A stretch of 64,000 nt of DNA from Sphagnum compactum (Eukaryota): assembly GCA_965153455.1 (NCBI GenBank), contig OZ234494.1:5518001-5582000 (forward strand), read 5' to 3'. How positions within the stretch are numbered: position 1 is the stretch's first letter; each line of letters starts with the position of its first letter. Below the pieces are notes generated by a model. It had not been told where the DNA came from, searched no databases, and worked only from the letters and a program-made list of their open reading frames with translations. A program made the translations under genes and the position numbers. Positions 14,607 to 27,508 of this stretch are shown here, piece by piece.

Positions 14607-17071
14607 ATGCAGATCTCAGGTGATGCATCTGATCAAATGGACAAAAACTCGGTCAAATTAACTGCTAGAACCGAGAAATCAAAGTCCAAGTTTGTGGGTT
14701 TGAGGAGTCTGGTGCCTAGTAAGCTCCTTGGAAATCATGTCACATTGCAAGGAGGCTGGAGAGCAATTCCATTTATATATGGTGAGAGTCCATAACAAAA
14801 TGTTGTGAGTGGAATATAAGAACATACTAAAAGACACTCATATATATAATATATATATATATATAAAAGATGCATCTCTGTTTTGAAGGTTAATATGTGA
14901 TATATGACTTTTTGTTGCATGAATTTTCAACATATCCATGTGCAGTGTCTAGCTCTCTAGAGAGCTTCGCATTCTTTGGAGTAGTCATCAACTTAGTCAC
15001 ATATTTAGTGGAAGAGATGCATTTTGGAGTACCAACAGCTGCGAATACCGTCACCACTTGGGCCGGGACCACCTGCCTAACACCATTGCTCGGTGGCTTC
15101 ATTGCTGATACATACCTTGGAAGATACCTGACGCTTCTTTTTCTGGGATTTGTTGAGTTACTGGTACATTGCTTCCACCCACCTTGTGTCTGTCCCGTAT
15201 CCTGTACATCCTTGCATACAATTAGGACCAGAAGCTCCAGTTTGATTGATAAGTCTAGTCCAATTGCAGAAACATGAAAGTCTTCTTTTGAATTCAACAG
15301 TTTTAGCAGCAGGTTCACATGACAGAATCTAGCCAACAGCTCAACAAGGACACCATGCTACTGTGATTGTTTTGAGACTGTTGGATCGGCAAAGTGATGT
15401 GGGCCTTTTGCAGGGATTTATACTACTCACAATCTCAGCAGCAGCACCTTCACTGAGACCACCTCCTCTTGATGCTGTGACTGGACATTCAATTCCCAGC
15501 AAGGCTCCTAGGATCCTGCAAGTAGGGTTCCTTCTAACAGCACTATATGTAATTGCTCTTGGCAAAGCTGGATATGGATCTTGCATTTTGTCGCTTGGAG
15601 CTGACCAGTTTGATGAAAAAGATCAAGAGGAGAGAAGGAAGCTGTCAAGCTACTTCAACTGGTTTTTCTTGGTCAACTGCATTGGTATTTTCTTCAGTAT
15701 TGCAGGGTTGGTCTTTGTAGAGGACAAGGTAAGCTGGGTGTGGGGATATGGTGTTGCAGCGGGCGCCATGGCGCTCGGAAACGTTGCACTCTTCAGTGGT
15801 TACTCCTTCTATCGACATCACGCACCTCTAGGCAGCCCATTCACCCATATTGCACGAGTTTTTGTTGCTGCAATTGGGAAACGAACACTTCCCAATCTGC
15901 CCGCATCAGATCCTTTTCAGTTTCATGACTTCCAAGATGGAGCACATCAAGGGAGGCGGGCTCGGCTTCAACAAACCGACCAGTTTCGGTGAGATACACA
16001 CTACTAACTTTTGCTTGATCCCCCTCATCACAGATACACAAAAGGTCTTGCAGTAATCCACAAGCAGTCCCAATAAGCTACAGTCCTAAACTGGTTACTG
16101 AAGAAGTCAAATGAAACTTCAAATGAGACTTACCACAGCTAGAGTTTGCAAATCTCCTGTACAGATTTCTCAACAAGGCAGCAATTCCATTAAGTAAGAC
16201 CATTGGCAGCAGTACTGGAGCATGTGATGCCAAAGAGGGACCCTGGGGGTTGTGTCACATGACAGAAGTAGAGGAAGTGAAGACCATTCTCAGGATCTTG
16301 CCAATTTGGTTCAGCACCATTTTCGTGTTCACCATGAACTCACAAGCAACAACCTTCTTGGTTCGTCAAGCTTCAGCAATGGATAGACATATTACACCCC
16401 ACTTTGAGTACCCATCAGCTTCACTTGGTCTTTTTGCAATCACTGCTCTCTACATTTTCATTCCCATCTATGAGAAGCTGCTTGTGCCAGTGATGCGGCG
16501 GATCACAGGGATTGAGCAAGGGATCACAACTCTGCAGAGAGTGGGTGTGGGAGCACTGTTGGGAGTTCTTGCCATGGTGGTTAGCGCCCTTGTAGAATCC
16601 AAGCGTCTCCTCGTTGTGAGGGCTAACATCATGACTCTCATCTTCATGCCTTCAAAACCTTTACCAATGAGTGTCTTCTGGCTGTGCCCACAAATCATCT
16701 TCATCGGTTTGTCAGAGTGTTTCATACTCATTGGCTTGAATGAGTTCTATTACCGTGAGACACCAGAGGGAATGCGCACCATGGGAGCTGCGTTCAACAT
16801 GAGTGCACAGGGACTTGGTAGCTACGGAAGCAGTTTGTTGGTCCTCCTTGTTATCAAGGCAACTACAAAAGGGCTGAATACCGGCTGGTTAACTGATGAC
16901 TTGGACGAAAGCAGACTCGACTACTTTTATTGGCTTCTTGCTGTGTTGGGAGTACTCAATTTCACCATGTTCCTTGTTTGTGCTCGATGGTACAGATACA
17001 AATTACTGCATGAACAAGTAGAAGAATTGCCAGAAATTGGTGTCAAAAGCAATGGATTACCATGCAATTGA
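14607..17071 (+). CDS. NPF: NRT1/PTR family (NPF) MFS transporter, 4 coding exons, ~624 aa
   Basis: Exons 14607-14781, 14946-15163, 15414-15988, 16165-17071, all introns GT-AG and phase-consistent (1875 nt). Motifs GGWRAIPFI, PLLGGFIADTYLGRY, GADQFDE, SYFNWFF, GSPFT, RFLNKAA, TEVEEVK..LPIW, QRVGVG, EFYY.E.PEGMR, RLDYFYWLLAVL. Confidence 0.95.
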
Positions 17072-17147
17072 ACCAAGCTGCACTGTTTGCAAACCCACAA
17101 CTCCTGTGCCCAGGATGACATAAAGTTGAGCATTTTCACAGGAAACA

Positions 17148-17295
17148 AAAAACAATTAGAGCAGGCTTGATTCTGAAACCCAGACAACAATCAGAGCAGG
17201 AGCTTGATTCTGAAACCCAGACAACAATCAGAGCAGGAGCTTGATTCTGAAACCCAGAAAACACTCAGAAGCAGGTACTTGATTCTCAAACCCAG
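17148..17295 (+). repeat. 37-bp tandem repeat (~4 copies) in NPF 3' region
   Basis: Unit ACAACAATCAGAGCAGGAGCTTGATTCTGAAACCCAG is exact at 17184-17220 and 17221-17257, with diverged flanking copies. Confidence 0.9.
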
Positions 17296-18184
17296 CCAAC
17301 ATGGGCTACCATGGTCAAGCATTAGTGTTTTTCCAGCACACCTGGAATGCCAGCACATGAGCATGATCAACAGTTTTGTGCATGAAATACACATGCATCT
17401 CTGCTCCTGTTCTAATCAAGTTACTTTCAGCTGAAAAACCAGCAAGCACCAGTTCTGTGGAACACCAGTTCTGTAATCCCATTTGTATCATTTCATCCAC
17501 AGCTTCCCCCACACATATATGCCCATCAAAATCCTTATCCTGAAACAATAAAAAGAAAAACTGCAGCCTTACATGAAACAACATGGCTATTTAGGTGTAG
17601 AGAAATGAACAATCTTACACAATCAGACTGGATACCCACTCTTTGTTTAGCCTTCAGACTGGGAAAAGAAACAACCATAGTAGTCCAGTTGACCTGCAAA
17701 ACACACCACAAACTTTTCATCTAAGTGAACCATGAATTTTCATGTGACCATTTGGACAACATGAAATCAGCTTCTTGTAAGAAGGATGCTTCATCGTAGA
17801 TTACCACAACATATGTATGACAGATCAATGTGATTGCAGAGAAGACAAACTGCAAAACAACATGCAAGGTAACCAAACAAATGTTGAGTCAGTTCCAGTC
17901 AGATCTAAACAAACATGACAAGAATGAATATAGTCATAAACCTCGTTAGTGTTTATGACACTCTCAAAGTATCAGGCCATCACCTTCATTACTCCCTATT
18001 GACTTCATCAGCTCCAACAATGGGTGTAGGTAATATGTAGACTTTCAGACAGATGATTGACTGGGGCACTCAATAGATGCAAGACAGTCAAGCTGGCCAT
18101 TGATCATAAGTACATATTTTGAAGTACCTTACACTACTCTTGAGTCAAAGTAGATCATAGATGATTGCCGAGGATTTTGATGGA

Positions 18185-18386
18185 TTATCTGAAGAGGGTT
18201 TTCATTGTTGGGATCCTCTTGATGGCACCCTGCAGTGCAATCCTTGAATCCTTCTTCATGCTTCTGGCCTTCTGATCCTCAAGCTTCTGTAACTGTCTCT
18301 GGGCTTCTTCAAAGAACAGATTGTCATGCCCTAGCTCCTTCAGTTACTTGACAATGTGTCTAGAACACGCAATTGCCTCATCATAC
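18185..18386 (-). pseudogene. Orphan terminal-exon fragment of a TPR-like / coiled-coil protein with in-frame stop
   Basis: After the acceptor TGCTCTGGTGCAG: YDEAIACSRHIVK*LKELGHDNLFFEEAQRQLQKLEDQKARSMKKDSRIALQGAIKRIPTMKTLFR*. In-frame TAA at 18344-18346. 'YDEAI' is TPR-helix-like. Confidence 0.45.
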
Positions 18387-19100
18387 CTGCACCAGAGCAT
18401 TTCAACACCAATTAAAATCATCATGTGTCCATAACACGGCTTTTCAATTCCAGCTCACATGAACAAATCAGTGGATCAAAATCCATGAGCAAGTTGTGAA
18501 CATAAAGGGTGAAGGTGGCAGAGTGCCCATACCTCTCAAGTTTGGAATACACATTGACAAGGCTTTCATAGCTGCCAAGTGTATCTGAGTGAATTGGCCC
18601 TTGTGCCTTACTCGGTATTTCCTTAGCCTCTGGTCTCTGCCATAATCAATTTCCAATTTCCAACAAACCCCCAGCGCTACTTGTATTATGCAGCAGTCCC
18701 AAGTTCATAGTTGTAGATCAATAAACATGTCTACTGCAAAAACAACCAGTAATTGTCTCGCAGACACAAACAAACTCTCTCATATATGAGTTCATTGCAT
18801 GCTGACTTTGATGCATGTGGTGGAAAGCATCCAAGGCAAATGACAGCTCTTGAAACAGACACAATTGATTCTGACAAGAACTTCTACAAACAAGTGGAAA
18901 GAGAATCCATGTCATCCATGTCATCCATGAGTGAGTGAGTGAGTGAGTGTCTTTACACGGGTTTTTGGGTTGAACCCCAATTGTGGGTGTGTATTGTTCA
19001 CTCCAGCCCTCCAGAAGTGAGTATATACTAAGCTTTAAGTTAGGGTCAGATTCAGCACATTACAAACGAATAATTATTTCTTTTCCAAAAAGTAAATTCG

Positions 19101-19200
19101 TTTTAAAAATTATTATTAATTATTTAGTTTCTGAAACTTAAATTTTCATTTTTTAAAAATTATTAATTATTTAGTTTCTGAAACTTAAATTTTCATTTAG
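19101..19200. repeat. ~50-bp tandem duplication
   Basis: TTTTAAAAATTATTA(TTA)ATTATTTAGTTTCTGAAACTTAAATTTTCATT occurs twice in tandem. Confidence 0.8.
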
Positions 19201-19724
19201 TGAAATTCATTTGAGATTATATGAAAGTAAGTACCAGTGTTGTGCATTTACTTGAGTAATCTGGTTACCCATGCCTGGTTTCGGTTCCAGTTACTTGAAA
19301 CCTACCTGGAACTGGAATGAGGTTCCGGAACTGGGGAAAATCGACCCCCTGGTTGGGAGGTTCATTTACTGGAACCAGAACTGGACTGGATTTCTTTCAA
19401 AAAAATTGGTTCCAGTTTTGGCTATTCTTTAGGGTTTAGGGTTGATAGCTGACTTGTTCATCATCACAGCCATTCGTCAGCTTCTTGTTTTTGGTGTTAT
19501 TCAACTTGCTTCAAGCTTTTTCAAGCTTGCTTCATGTTCACAAGCTCACAAAACTCATATAATTCATAGATTGAATGGTTTAAAGCTTAGGGTTAAATGG
19601 TCCACCATCCTTGTGCAAAGGTCCTTTTTGCTTCATGCTCACAAACTCACAAAACTTGAATGCTCTTAAGAAGTTGCAAACAATGATGAGTACACAAAAA
19701 AGTTCATGGTACGTTGTTCACCAG

Positions 19725-20280
19725 CTTGGTCTTTTTCTTAATTGTGATATTGTTCATGATTGCCCTATTCTTGGTCTTTTTCTTCATTGTGATGTTGATC
19801 CTGACCTTGCAGTTGATTTTTTTGTGGTGTTTGGCAATGGCAATTATCATGATGATGTTCATGTGATTAATTGAGGTGACAAATTCGTCACATTTGTTGT
19901 CATCACAATAGTCGGCGTTACTTGTGTTTTTTTCAATAAGTTGTTTTTGGTCTTCATCTTGATCATGATGTTGTTCATGATCACTTTAATCTTGGTTCTC
20001 TTCCTTATCGGGATGTTGCTCGTGATCACCCCAGTCTTGGTCCTCTTTTTGATCCTATGATGTTATTTGTGATCACCTTGATCTTGGTCCTGTTCTTAAT
20101 CTGTGATGTTGTTTGTAATCACCCTACTCTTGGTCCTCTTCTTAATTGCGATGTTGTTTGTGACCACCTTGGTTTTGGTCCTCTGCTTAGTCATGTGATG
20201 TTGGTCGTGATCACCTTTCTTTTGGTCCTTTTCTTGATTATGATGTTGTTTGTGATTGCTTTGGTTTTGGTCTTTTGCCT
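19725..20280. repeat. Degenerate ~40-bp minisatellite (TGATGTTGTT.GTGATCACC...CTTGGTCCT.TT)
   Basis: About 10 diverged units; explains the spurious ORFs 20057-20317 and 20096-20329. Confidence 0.75.
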
Positions 20281-20559
20281 TTGTAGAGAAAATAACTATT
20301 GGATTATTGAATTTTGACCTAGTTATCAAATCAATTATTAATAATCTATCATTGCATTCTTGATTTTTTGATAATTGATTAAATTGATAATCATTTGGAA
20401 TTGAATTTTCAAATATCTCATAACCTACCTAGATGACAAAGTAGATTATCAATAGTTTAAACATTAATACAAAAAAATAAAAAACAGAAAAAATTATAAT
20501 TTTAATTTTTTAAAAACCTTATAGTTGGCCAATAACTAACAGGGTAATAGTTGATCATT

Positions 20560-23500
20560 AACTAGTTATTTAATAACCTACCCTTATGAATAACTAACCT
20601 CTCATTAACTTGTTTTGGTTTATTTATCCTTTTATTAGCTTACTTATGGTCTAACTAGGGTCTAATTAGCCTCAAGTTGGTTTGATTACCTTTTTATTAA
20701 TTAGTTTCTTTTTAGTTTAATTAGTGTTTGATTAGCTTCAAATTAGTTTGAATACCGTTTTATTGATTTGCTTTTAGTTTAATTAGGTTTTGATTAGCTT
20801 CAAATTGGTCTATTTACCTTTTTATTAGTTTGCCTTTAGTCTAATTAAGGTTTAATTAGCCTCAAACTATTTTGATTAGTTTTTTATTATTTTTTAGTCT
20901 ATTTATCTTTTTATTAACTTGCTTATAATTTGATTACCCTTTCATTGGCTTGTTTTTGTTGTTGGTGAAGTGCAAGATGGGCATTGTAATAGAGGACGAA
21001 CTAATTGATTTATCACCAATGGTGGAACGATTTGGCCCCCAATAGTTGTGGACTGATACTGGTGGAATGACTTGAGCGTAAGAATGTTGGACTAGGAATG
21101 CCCTATGAACACTCTAAGTTCAAATGGATTCCAGGTGAAATTTAAGGTTTAAGTCTTGAACAACCCCCAAAATTATTGTGCGAAAAATGGTGTTAAGGTG
21201 TCTGGCTAAAGATGATGAAGTGTTTTTTGACTATCGGGGTGAAAACATGGATTTGTGGCAAAACTTCTTATTGTTCGTGTGGTCAATTGCCACATTTTGT
21301 GTGAAGTTTGGCCAATTTGTGCAAACTTAACAACCACATGGCTTGCCCATTCCCTCAAACATCTTGCCCCAATCCTTTTTGTAAAAATTGTTACCCAACC
21401 TACCCAATTTTTTGTGCAACCTTGAATTACTAATGTAATTCCAATGTTGTTTGTTGCCCCCTTTCTTGGATGCATGGTCTTAAACCACATTTTTGTGTCT
21501 TCTAATGACACCGTCAATTCTTGTATGATTACCCTTTTACTAACTTCAATCTAATTTATTAGGGTTTGATCACCCTCACCATGGTCTAAAATTTTCCCTT
21601 TTCATGGTTTAATTACCTTCTTATTATTAACTTGCTTATGGTATGCTTATTGTTTGATTTCAAGCATTATGGTTTGATTATCTCTTATTGCCCTAAGTCT
21701 AATTTGATTAAAGTCTAATTATCCTCACCATGGTTTGATTGTTTTCTTATTATTAACTTGCTTCTGGTCTAATTAATGTTTGATTAAGCTCATTATCATG
21801 TGTGATTACCTTTTTATACCTTCACCATGGTCTAATTATTCGCTTGTTAGCTTCATTCTAATTTAATTAACCTCTAATTACCTTGCATATGGCCTAATTA
21901 CCCTCGTATTAGCCTTCTTGTGGTCTAATTACCTTCTTTTGTTTAGCCTCTTATTAGTTTGCTTCTAATTTGTTTAGCCCCTTATTAACTTTTTTTTTGG
22001 TATGATTAACCTCCAATTAGCTTGCATATGGGCTAATTAGTCTTTTATTAACTTGCTTATGGTTTGATTACCTTCTTATTAATTTTCTTGATGGTCTAAT
22101 TAGCTTCTTATTAGCCTCACTGTGGTCTAATTAACCTTTTATTAGCTTGCTTCTAGTCCAATTGCTTTCCTATTAATTTGACCATGGTTTAAATATGGGC
22201 TCTTATTAATTTCATCGTGGTCTGATTAGCCTTTTATTAATTTTTTTAATAATCTAATTACCTTTTTATTAATTTGACCATGGTCTAAATACCCTCTTAT
22301 TAGCTTCATTGTGGTTTGATTAACCTCTAAGTAATTATTAATTTGTTTTTAATTTAATTATTCACTTATTAATTTGACCATGGTTTAAATACTTTTTATT
22401 AGCCTCATTATGGTCTAATCAACCTCTTATTAGTTTGCTTTTGGTTTAATTACCCTTTTATTAGCCTCACTATGGTCTAATCAACCTCTTACTACCTTTT
22501 TACATCACAAATTTCATTGGTCACGATTTAGCAATAATAGTTGAGAGAAATTTGCTTTTCATAAGTTCATATGGAATAAACACAAATGTCATTCATCTAC
22601 TTGTATTATTTGAACATTGATGTGGTGTGCATTGTTTAGACATGAATGTCATATGCATGTTCGTATTGTTTAGACACATATGTTATATGTTTACTCGTGT
22701 TTACACACAAAAGTCATGCACACTACTTCCATGTTTAAATAATGCATGACATTTGTGTTTAAATAATACGAACCATGAAATAATAAATTTCACACAAATT
22801 TGGAACGAATTCATGAAGCTTATAAATTTATGATGTATTAACTTCATCATGGTTTGATTTCCTTTTTATTGGCCTTATTTCTAGTCTAATTAATTTGATT
22901 ATGGTCTAATTACAATTTTATTAGCTTTTTTGTGGTTTGATTACCCTTTCATTAGCCTCTTATTAGCCTTAACATGGTTTCATTAGCCTTTTATGAGCCT
23001 CATCATTAGCCTCAAGCTTTTATTAACGTGTTTTTGGTTTGATTAACCTCCAATTATTTTTTTATGGTCGAATTACCTTCTTATCAACTTGCCTATGGCA
23101 TGATTAATCTTTTATTAATATGTTTCTACTCTAATTAACATCTTATTAACCTACAACTAGTCCAATTAATCTTTCATTTGTTTACTTTTGGCCTAGTTAA
23201 GGCTTAATTAGCCTACCTAGGCCATGAGTAGTGATTATTTAGAATTATGAACACTTTCAATCTTAACTAGTTAAGCTATTAAAAGTCTGATTAACTTATA
23301 TTACTTTTGAAGGTCTAATTAACTTCTGTAACTAATTTTGAAAATCTCATTAGCCTTCTAAAAGTTTGATTAACCTTTATAACTATTTTTAAAGATATGA
23401 TTTATTTTTATTATTGTTTCTAAAGGTTTGATTAACCTTTGTAATTACTTATGAAGGTCTAATCAACTTATTATTTTTGAGGGTTTGATTAACCTTTGTA

Positions 23501-23850
23501 ATTACTTCTAAAGGTCTAATTAACCTCTATAACTACTTATGAAGGTTGGATTAACCTCTATTATTACTTTTGAAGGTTTGATTAACCTTTATTACTGCTT
23601 TTGAAGGTTTCATTAACCTTTTTTATTACTTGCTTAATTAACTTCTAATTACCTACTTATGCCCTAATTGGTGATTAGCCAAGTTGTTGAAGCCCTACTT
23701 ATGGTTTGTTTAAGTTTTGGTTTGATGGATAACTATTTAACTTACTTATGGTTTGATTAAGCCCTTGGCTTGACTATTTATAACTTGCTTGTTTTTTGTT
23801 TAGAATTTATTTAAGGTTTGGTTTAAGATTTGATTAACCTCTAATTGACT
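20560..23850. repeat. Long degenerate ~30-bp satellite-like array (GGTCTAATTA(G/C)CCT.TTATTA(G/A)CTT), interrupted at ~20950-21530 and ~22500-22840
   Basis: Dozens of GGTCTAATT/GGTTTGATT + CCT + TTATTA units visible; the GAAGGT variant dominates 23280-23620. Confidence 0.8.
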
Positions 23851-24150
23851 AAGGATGGTGCTTGACCATGAGGAATCAAACCAACCATGGTTCCATATTT
23901 AGATGAAGGTGATGTTTTGCTTAAGCAACTAAAGGTGGTTAAATGGGAGAAACATCCACGTCAAATTGTAGAATTCCTCCATTTGAACACTATGGCTACT
24001 AGGTATCATCAACATTTTGGATTATATTTAAGGACAAAAAACAAGTGACCCAATTGATTCCTAACCTAATTTAGTGTGGAAAGCAATGGACAAGGTTAAA
24101 GAATTGCTGTAAAGTTCAAGGACAAGGTTAGAGAATTGCTAGACCTTTTA

Positions 24151-25315
24151 CTAAAAGTCCCTTCCCAACCATAGTTAGTTGGGTCTTGAATCTAGTTGCC
24201 AATGATTTCGTATGTGAAGTTCATACGACATCTATGTAGATAATTAATTAGGATAGTTGTGGCATGGAAAAATGAGTGTACTTGGGCTTTGTGGAATCAA
24301 ATCTCCATATGTGTTTCAATCCTCAAATCCGTTATTCCTCCTTGACTTTGTAACTTGCATGATTTTGATTGAAAGCACTAATTGCATCCTAATCATGCCT
24401 AGGAGCAAGTTCACGCCTGCCAAGTTAGCGCATAATGAACATCTCTCCCCCCAAATAACCTAGGTCACCCAACAAGTATTCAAAGTATTCATTTGTGTGT
24501 ACAAAGAACTGGTGTTAGTTCTTGTATAAAGTAGATTCACGCAAGATGGTGACATCATGGAATGAACATGGATATTTGGGATCCAAGTAGATGAACAATC
24601 CATGATGGTCAATGACCACTGTGTTCATGTAATACATCTTTTTCCCCCCATTAAACCAAGATCAATGAACGGGATTGTTTTAGGATTTCTAAATTTTGAT
24701 GAAAGTTCCATTAATGAACATGTCACCTTATACAACTTTGGAACTTAAGCATATGTTGGGCAAGAATAGTTTGCTCCTCTTGGTTAGGCCATTGAACCTC
24801 ATCACCAATTGTTTCAATGTTGTAGGAGGCGATGAAAATCACATCATCACATATTACTCCAATTCCATATGAAAGCATCATACATGATTACATTGTCATG
24901 TTTCATGTATAGGATGAATTGGAACACTTTGAGGTGAGTTTAGTTGGTCACCTAGGCAAAATGTGAACCTCACCAATGGCTTTTGCATGGGCCTTAGTGG
25001 TGGGAGGCACCACCAAAACACACAATTCCTCAAACTTTGACAAATTGAAATTTGTTAAGGTCTTCAACAAACCTAGAGTGACTTGCATTGTGCTAAGCAC
25101 ATGTCGAACATCCATTTGTGATTGATCAATTGGCCCACACTCAAATTTAGTTTGTTGGAGTTGAACAAGTCCAATGTGTTAACTTCAACAATCGAAGTTG
25201 CAAACACCATTTGATGGACCTTCCATGTGTTCTAAAATAATTTCTCATCAATATTAAATGAAGAACTACCAAAATCACTCATGTCCACTAACACATCACT
25301 ATTAGAAAATGCCAT
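24151..25315 (-). mobile_element. PIF/Harbinger (HARBI1-like DDE) transposase relic
   Basis: Minus-strand translation: MAFSNSD...; TLTNFNLSKFEELCVLV; FILYMKHDNVIMYDAFIWNW; FINGTFIKI; WFNGGKKMYYMNTVVIDHHGLFIYLDPKYPCSFHDVTILRESTLYKN*HQFF..EYLLGDLGY; AFNQNHASYKVKEE*RI*GLKHIWRF; ILINYLHR. Contains the Harbinger '(ID)GT', 'S.HD', 'LLGD.GY' and 'FN..H...E....LK..W' motifs. Confidence 0.85.
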
Positions 25316-25319
25316 GGAC

Positions 25320-26045
25320 CTAAAACAACCCCAACCTTTACAAACCCTTAAAATAACCCAAAATAACCCAAAACCTTAAAAACAACCTTAAAGTTATCAA
25401 ACCCTATAAGTAACCCAAAAAAATCAAACCCTAGAAATACTCCTAAACTAACCCCCAAGCCCTACGAATAGCCAAGAAAACCCCAAACCCTAGGAATAAC
25501 CTTAAATTCTCCAAACCCTAAAAATAACCCTACAAGTCCCAAACCCTAAAATCAGCCCAAGAAAACCTAAACCTTAAAAACAACCCTAAAATTAGTAGCC
25601 CAAGAAAACCCTAAAAACCTTAGAAATATTCCTAATGTTACTTAATCCCCAAAAACATCCCCAAAAAACCCAAACCCTTGGGAATAGCCCTAAATTGCCC
25701 AAACCCTAAAAACAGCCAAAGAAAGCCCATTAAACCCTAAAAACAACCCACCTAACTTCAAATTCTAAAATCAGCCCAAGAAAGCCTTATAAATCTTAAA
25801 AAGAGCCCAAAAGTTACCAAACCCTAAAATTAGTAGCTCAAGAAAATCCTAAAAACATTAGAAATATTCCTAACCTAACCCAACCTCTAAAAAATCCCAA
25901 CCCTTAGGGATAGCCCTAAACTCCCCAAACCTTAAAATCAACCCTTCAAACCCCAAACACTAGAAATAGCAATAAATTCCCCGACCCTCAAAGCAACCCA
26001 AGAAATCTTTAACCTTGTAAACAACCTAAACTTGCCCTATAAACT
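25320..26045 (+). repeat. Degenerate telomere-like (AAACCCTA) compound array
   Basis: Many AAACCCTA(A)/AAACCTTA units alternate with AATAACCC/AGCCCAAG spacers, directly 5' of the Harbinger ORF start. Confidence 0.75.
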
Positions 26046-26227
26046 GAGTTAGGGGATAGGACAGGAGATTGAATTAAACATTACTTTATGGATAATTTTA
26101 ATATATTTAAAATTTCTTTTTTGCAATCTCACCCCTTTAGTAACCAAACACAAGATATAAATATTGTGTTTCATTCACTTTCCATATATCTCTAATGTAT
26201 CTGAAGCAAGTAACGCAATTAATTGTG

Positions 26228-26492
26228 GATGTGTTTCTCCTTCTTGACATAAAGGTATTTGGATGTCTTCACTAGTAGGCCAATAACATTCTTCATCGAT
26301 GTGCTAACATGGCGTGAACAGCAAAGGGCACTGGAGGCCCTCTTTTATCGATGTTACGGTCTTTTTATAGATAGAGAGTATTGATAGCATTACAGAGAGT
26401 GTAGGTTGTCGCTATCTTGAGATGAGCTGTGACTATAGAGGAGGGCTCTTCTAAGCTTGGAGTTTTCTGGGGTTTACCTCCCCTTTCTTTAG
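26228..26492 (+). mobile_element. 3' fragment of non-LTR retrotransposon with restriction-like endonuclease (CRE-like)
   Basis: Single frame: DVFLLLDIKVFGCLH**ANNILHRCANMA*TAKGTGGPLLSMLRSFYR*RVLIALQRV*VVAILR*. Fits the RLE C-terminal pattern F.P...E.FG.....A..FL...QR.S.ALQR..A..IL. Confidence 0.65.
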
Positions 26493-27508
26493 TTGATATG
26501 CTTCATTCGATTGGAGGAGGGTCCAGTTCTTAGTGGTTCCCTTTCCTACTGGTGGCCCGCCTCTTTTGGGGTGTTTGCTTGCCTGGACTTTGGTCCAGGC
26601 CCCTTGTTTCTTTTTCTCTCCCTTTCTTGGGTGCTTTCTTTCTATAAAGTTATAAAGTTTGGCAAGGTTTCACCAATTAATTGGCCTAGTCTGAGGTCTC
26701 AATATGCTTCCATGGCAATGACCAGAGTTCAAATTTGCATGTTTAGCTAGGCTGTTATAAGTAGCACTGGGTACCTAGGGTAGCTTAAGGTTTCTATGCA
26801 AACAAACAATCCTTCCAGTTTAAGCCTCCTGCTTCTAAGTTGAATATAGAACTTTGACTTTATTACCACATTACCTTTATCATATTTAATATCTAAATTT
26901 ACCCCCAAGAAAGGTAACCCATCAATTTATTTATTTATTTTTCAAAAAAAATTTATGTTGCATCAATTGTGAGCTTCTCAAGAAGGACATAGCACTGACT
27001 GACTACATCTACAAAATAACTCTTTTTTGGTTGAAATTTGACCATTTGCCACCCAAAACACAACGAGTATATGACCCTAAACATATTAATTTTTGCATTG
27101 GTGTAAAATTTCACACACAAATTATATGGTTAGTACCCATGGACTAAAAATCAAGTCTTGTATCTTCCAAATTCCAGAGTGGAAATTATTAAATTTCTTT
27201 ATTTTGCCATAATTCAAGACTCGAAGTTCAATTGTTACGAGTCTTTCAACAGAATGTATGTTGGAACTTTTCTGTAAATCTCTCAACATGTCTTGTTCTT
27301 TTAGGGTTAGAAAGTATGGCCACCTAGACTAGTGGGCTTGCAAGTTACACCACGCTTATATAAGTGTGGGGGTAAGCCCCAGGGAGAGGGCATTCCTAAA
27401 TTAAGGGGCCCAGGAGCAGAGTGTAGCTGATTCTGGCCCTGTGGCCTTTTACCCATCATAAAGCATATTGCATTTTGAACCTTGAGTATCAAGATTTGTG
27501 ATGCATGA

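Noticed and set aside
14890-16731. Minus-strand ORFs over the NPF gene (and similar antisense ORFs over SPH and WUN1)
   Set aside because: Shadow frames of real coding sequence.
17148-17295. 37-bp repeats as CRISPR direct repeats
   Set aside because: Head-to-tail with no spacers.
21206-21517. Gag/zinc-knuckle-like relic inside the satellite
   Set aside because: CCHC spacing not recoverable in any frame.
25320-26045. True telomere or chromosome fusion site
   Set aside because: Highly degenerate and interleaved with other motifs; not a pure (TTTAGGG)n tract.
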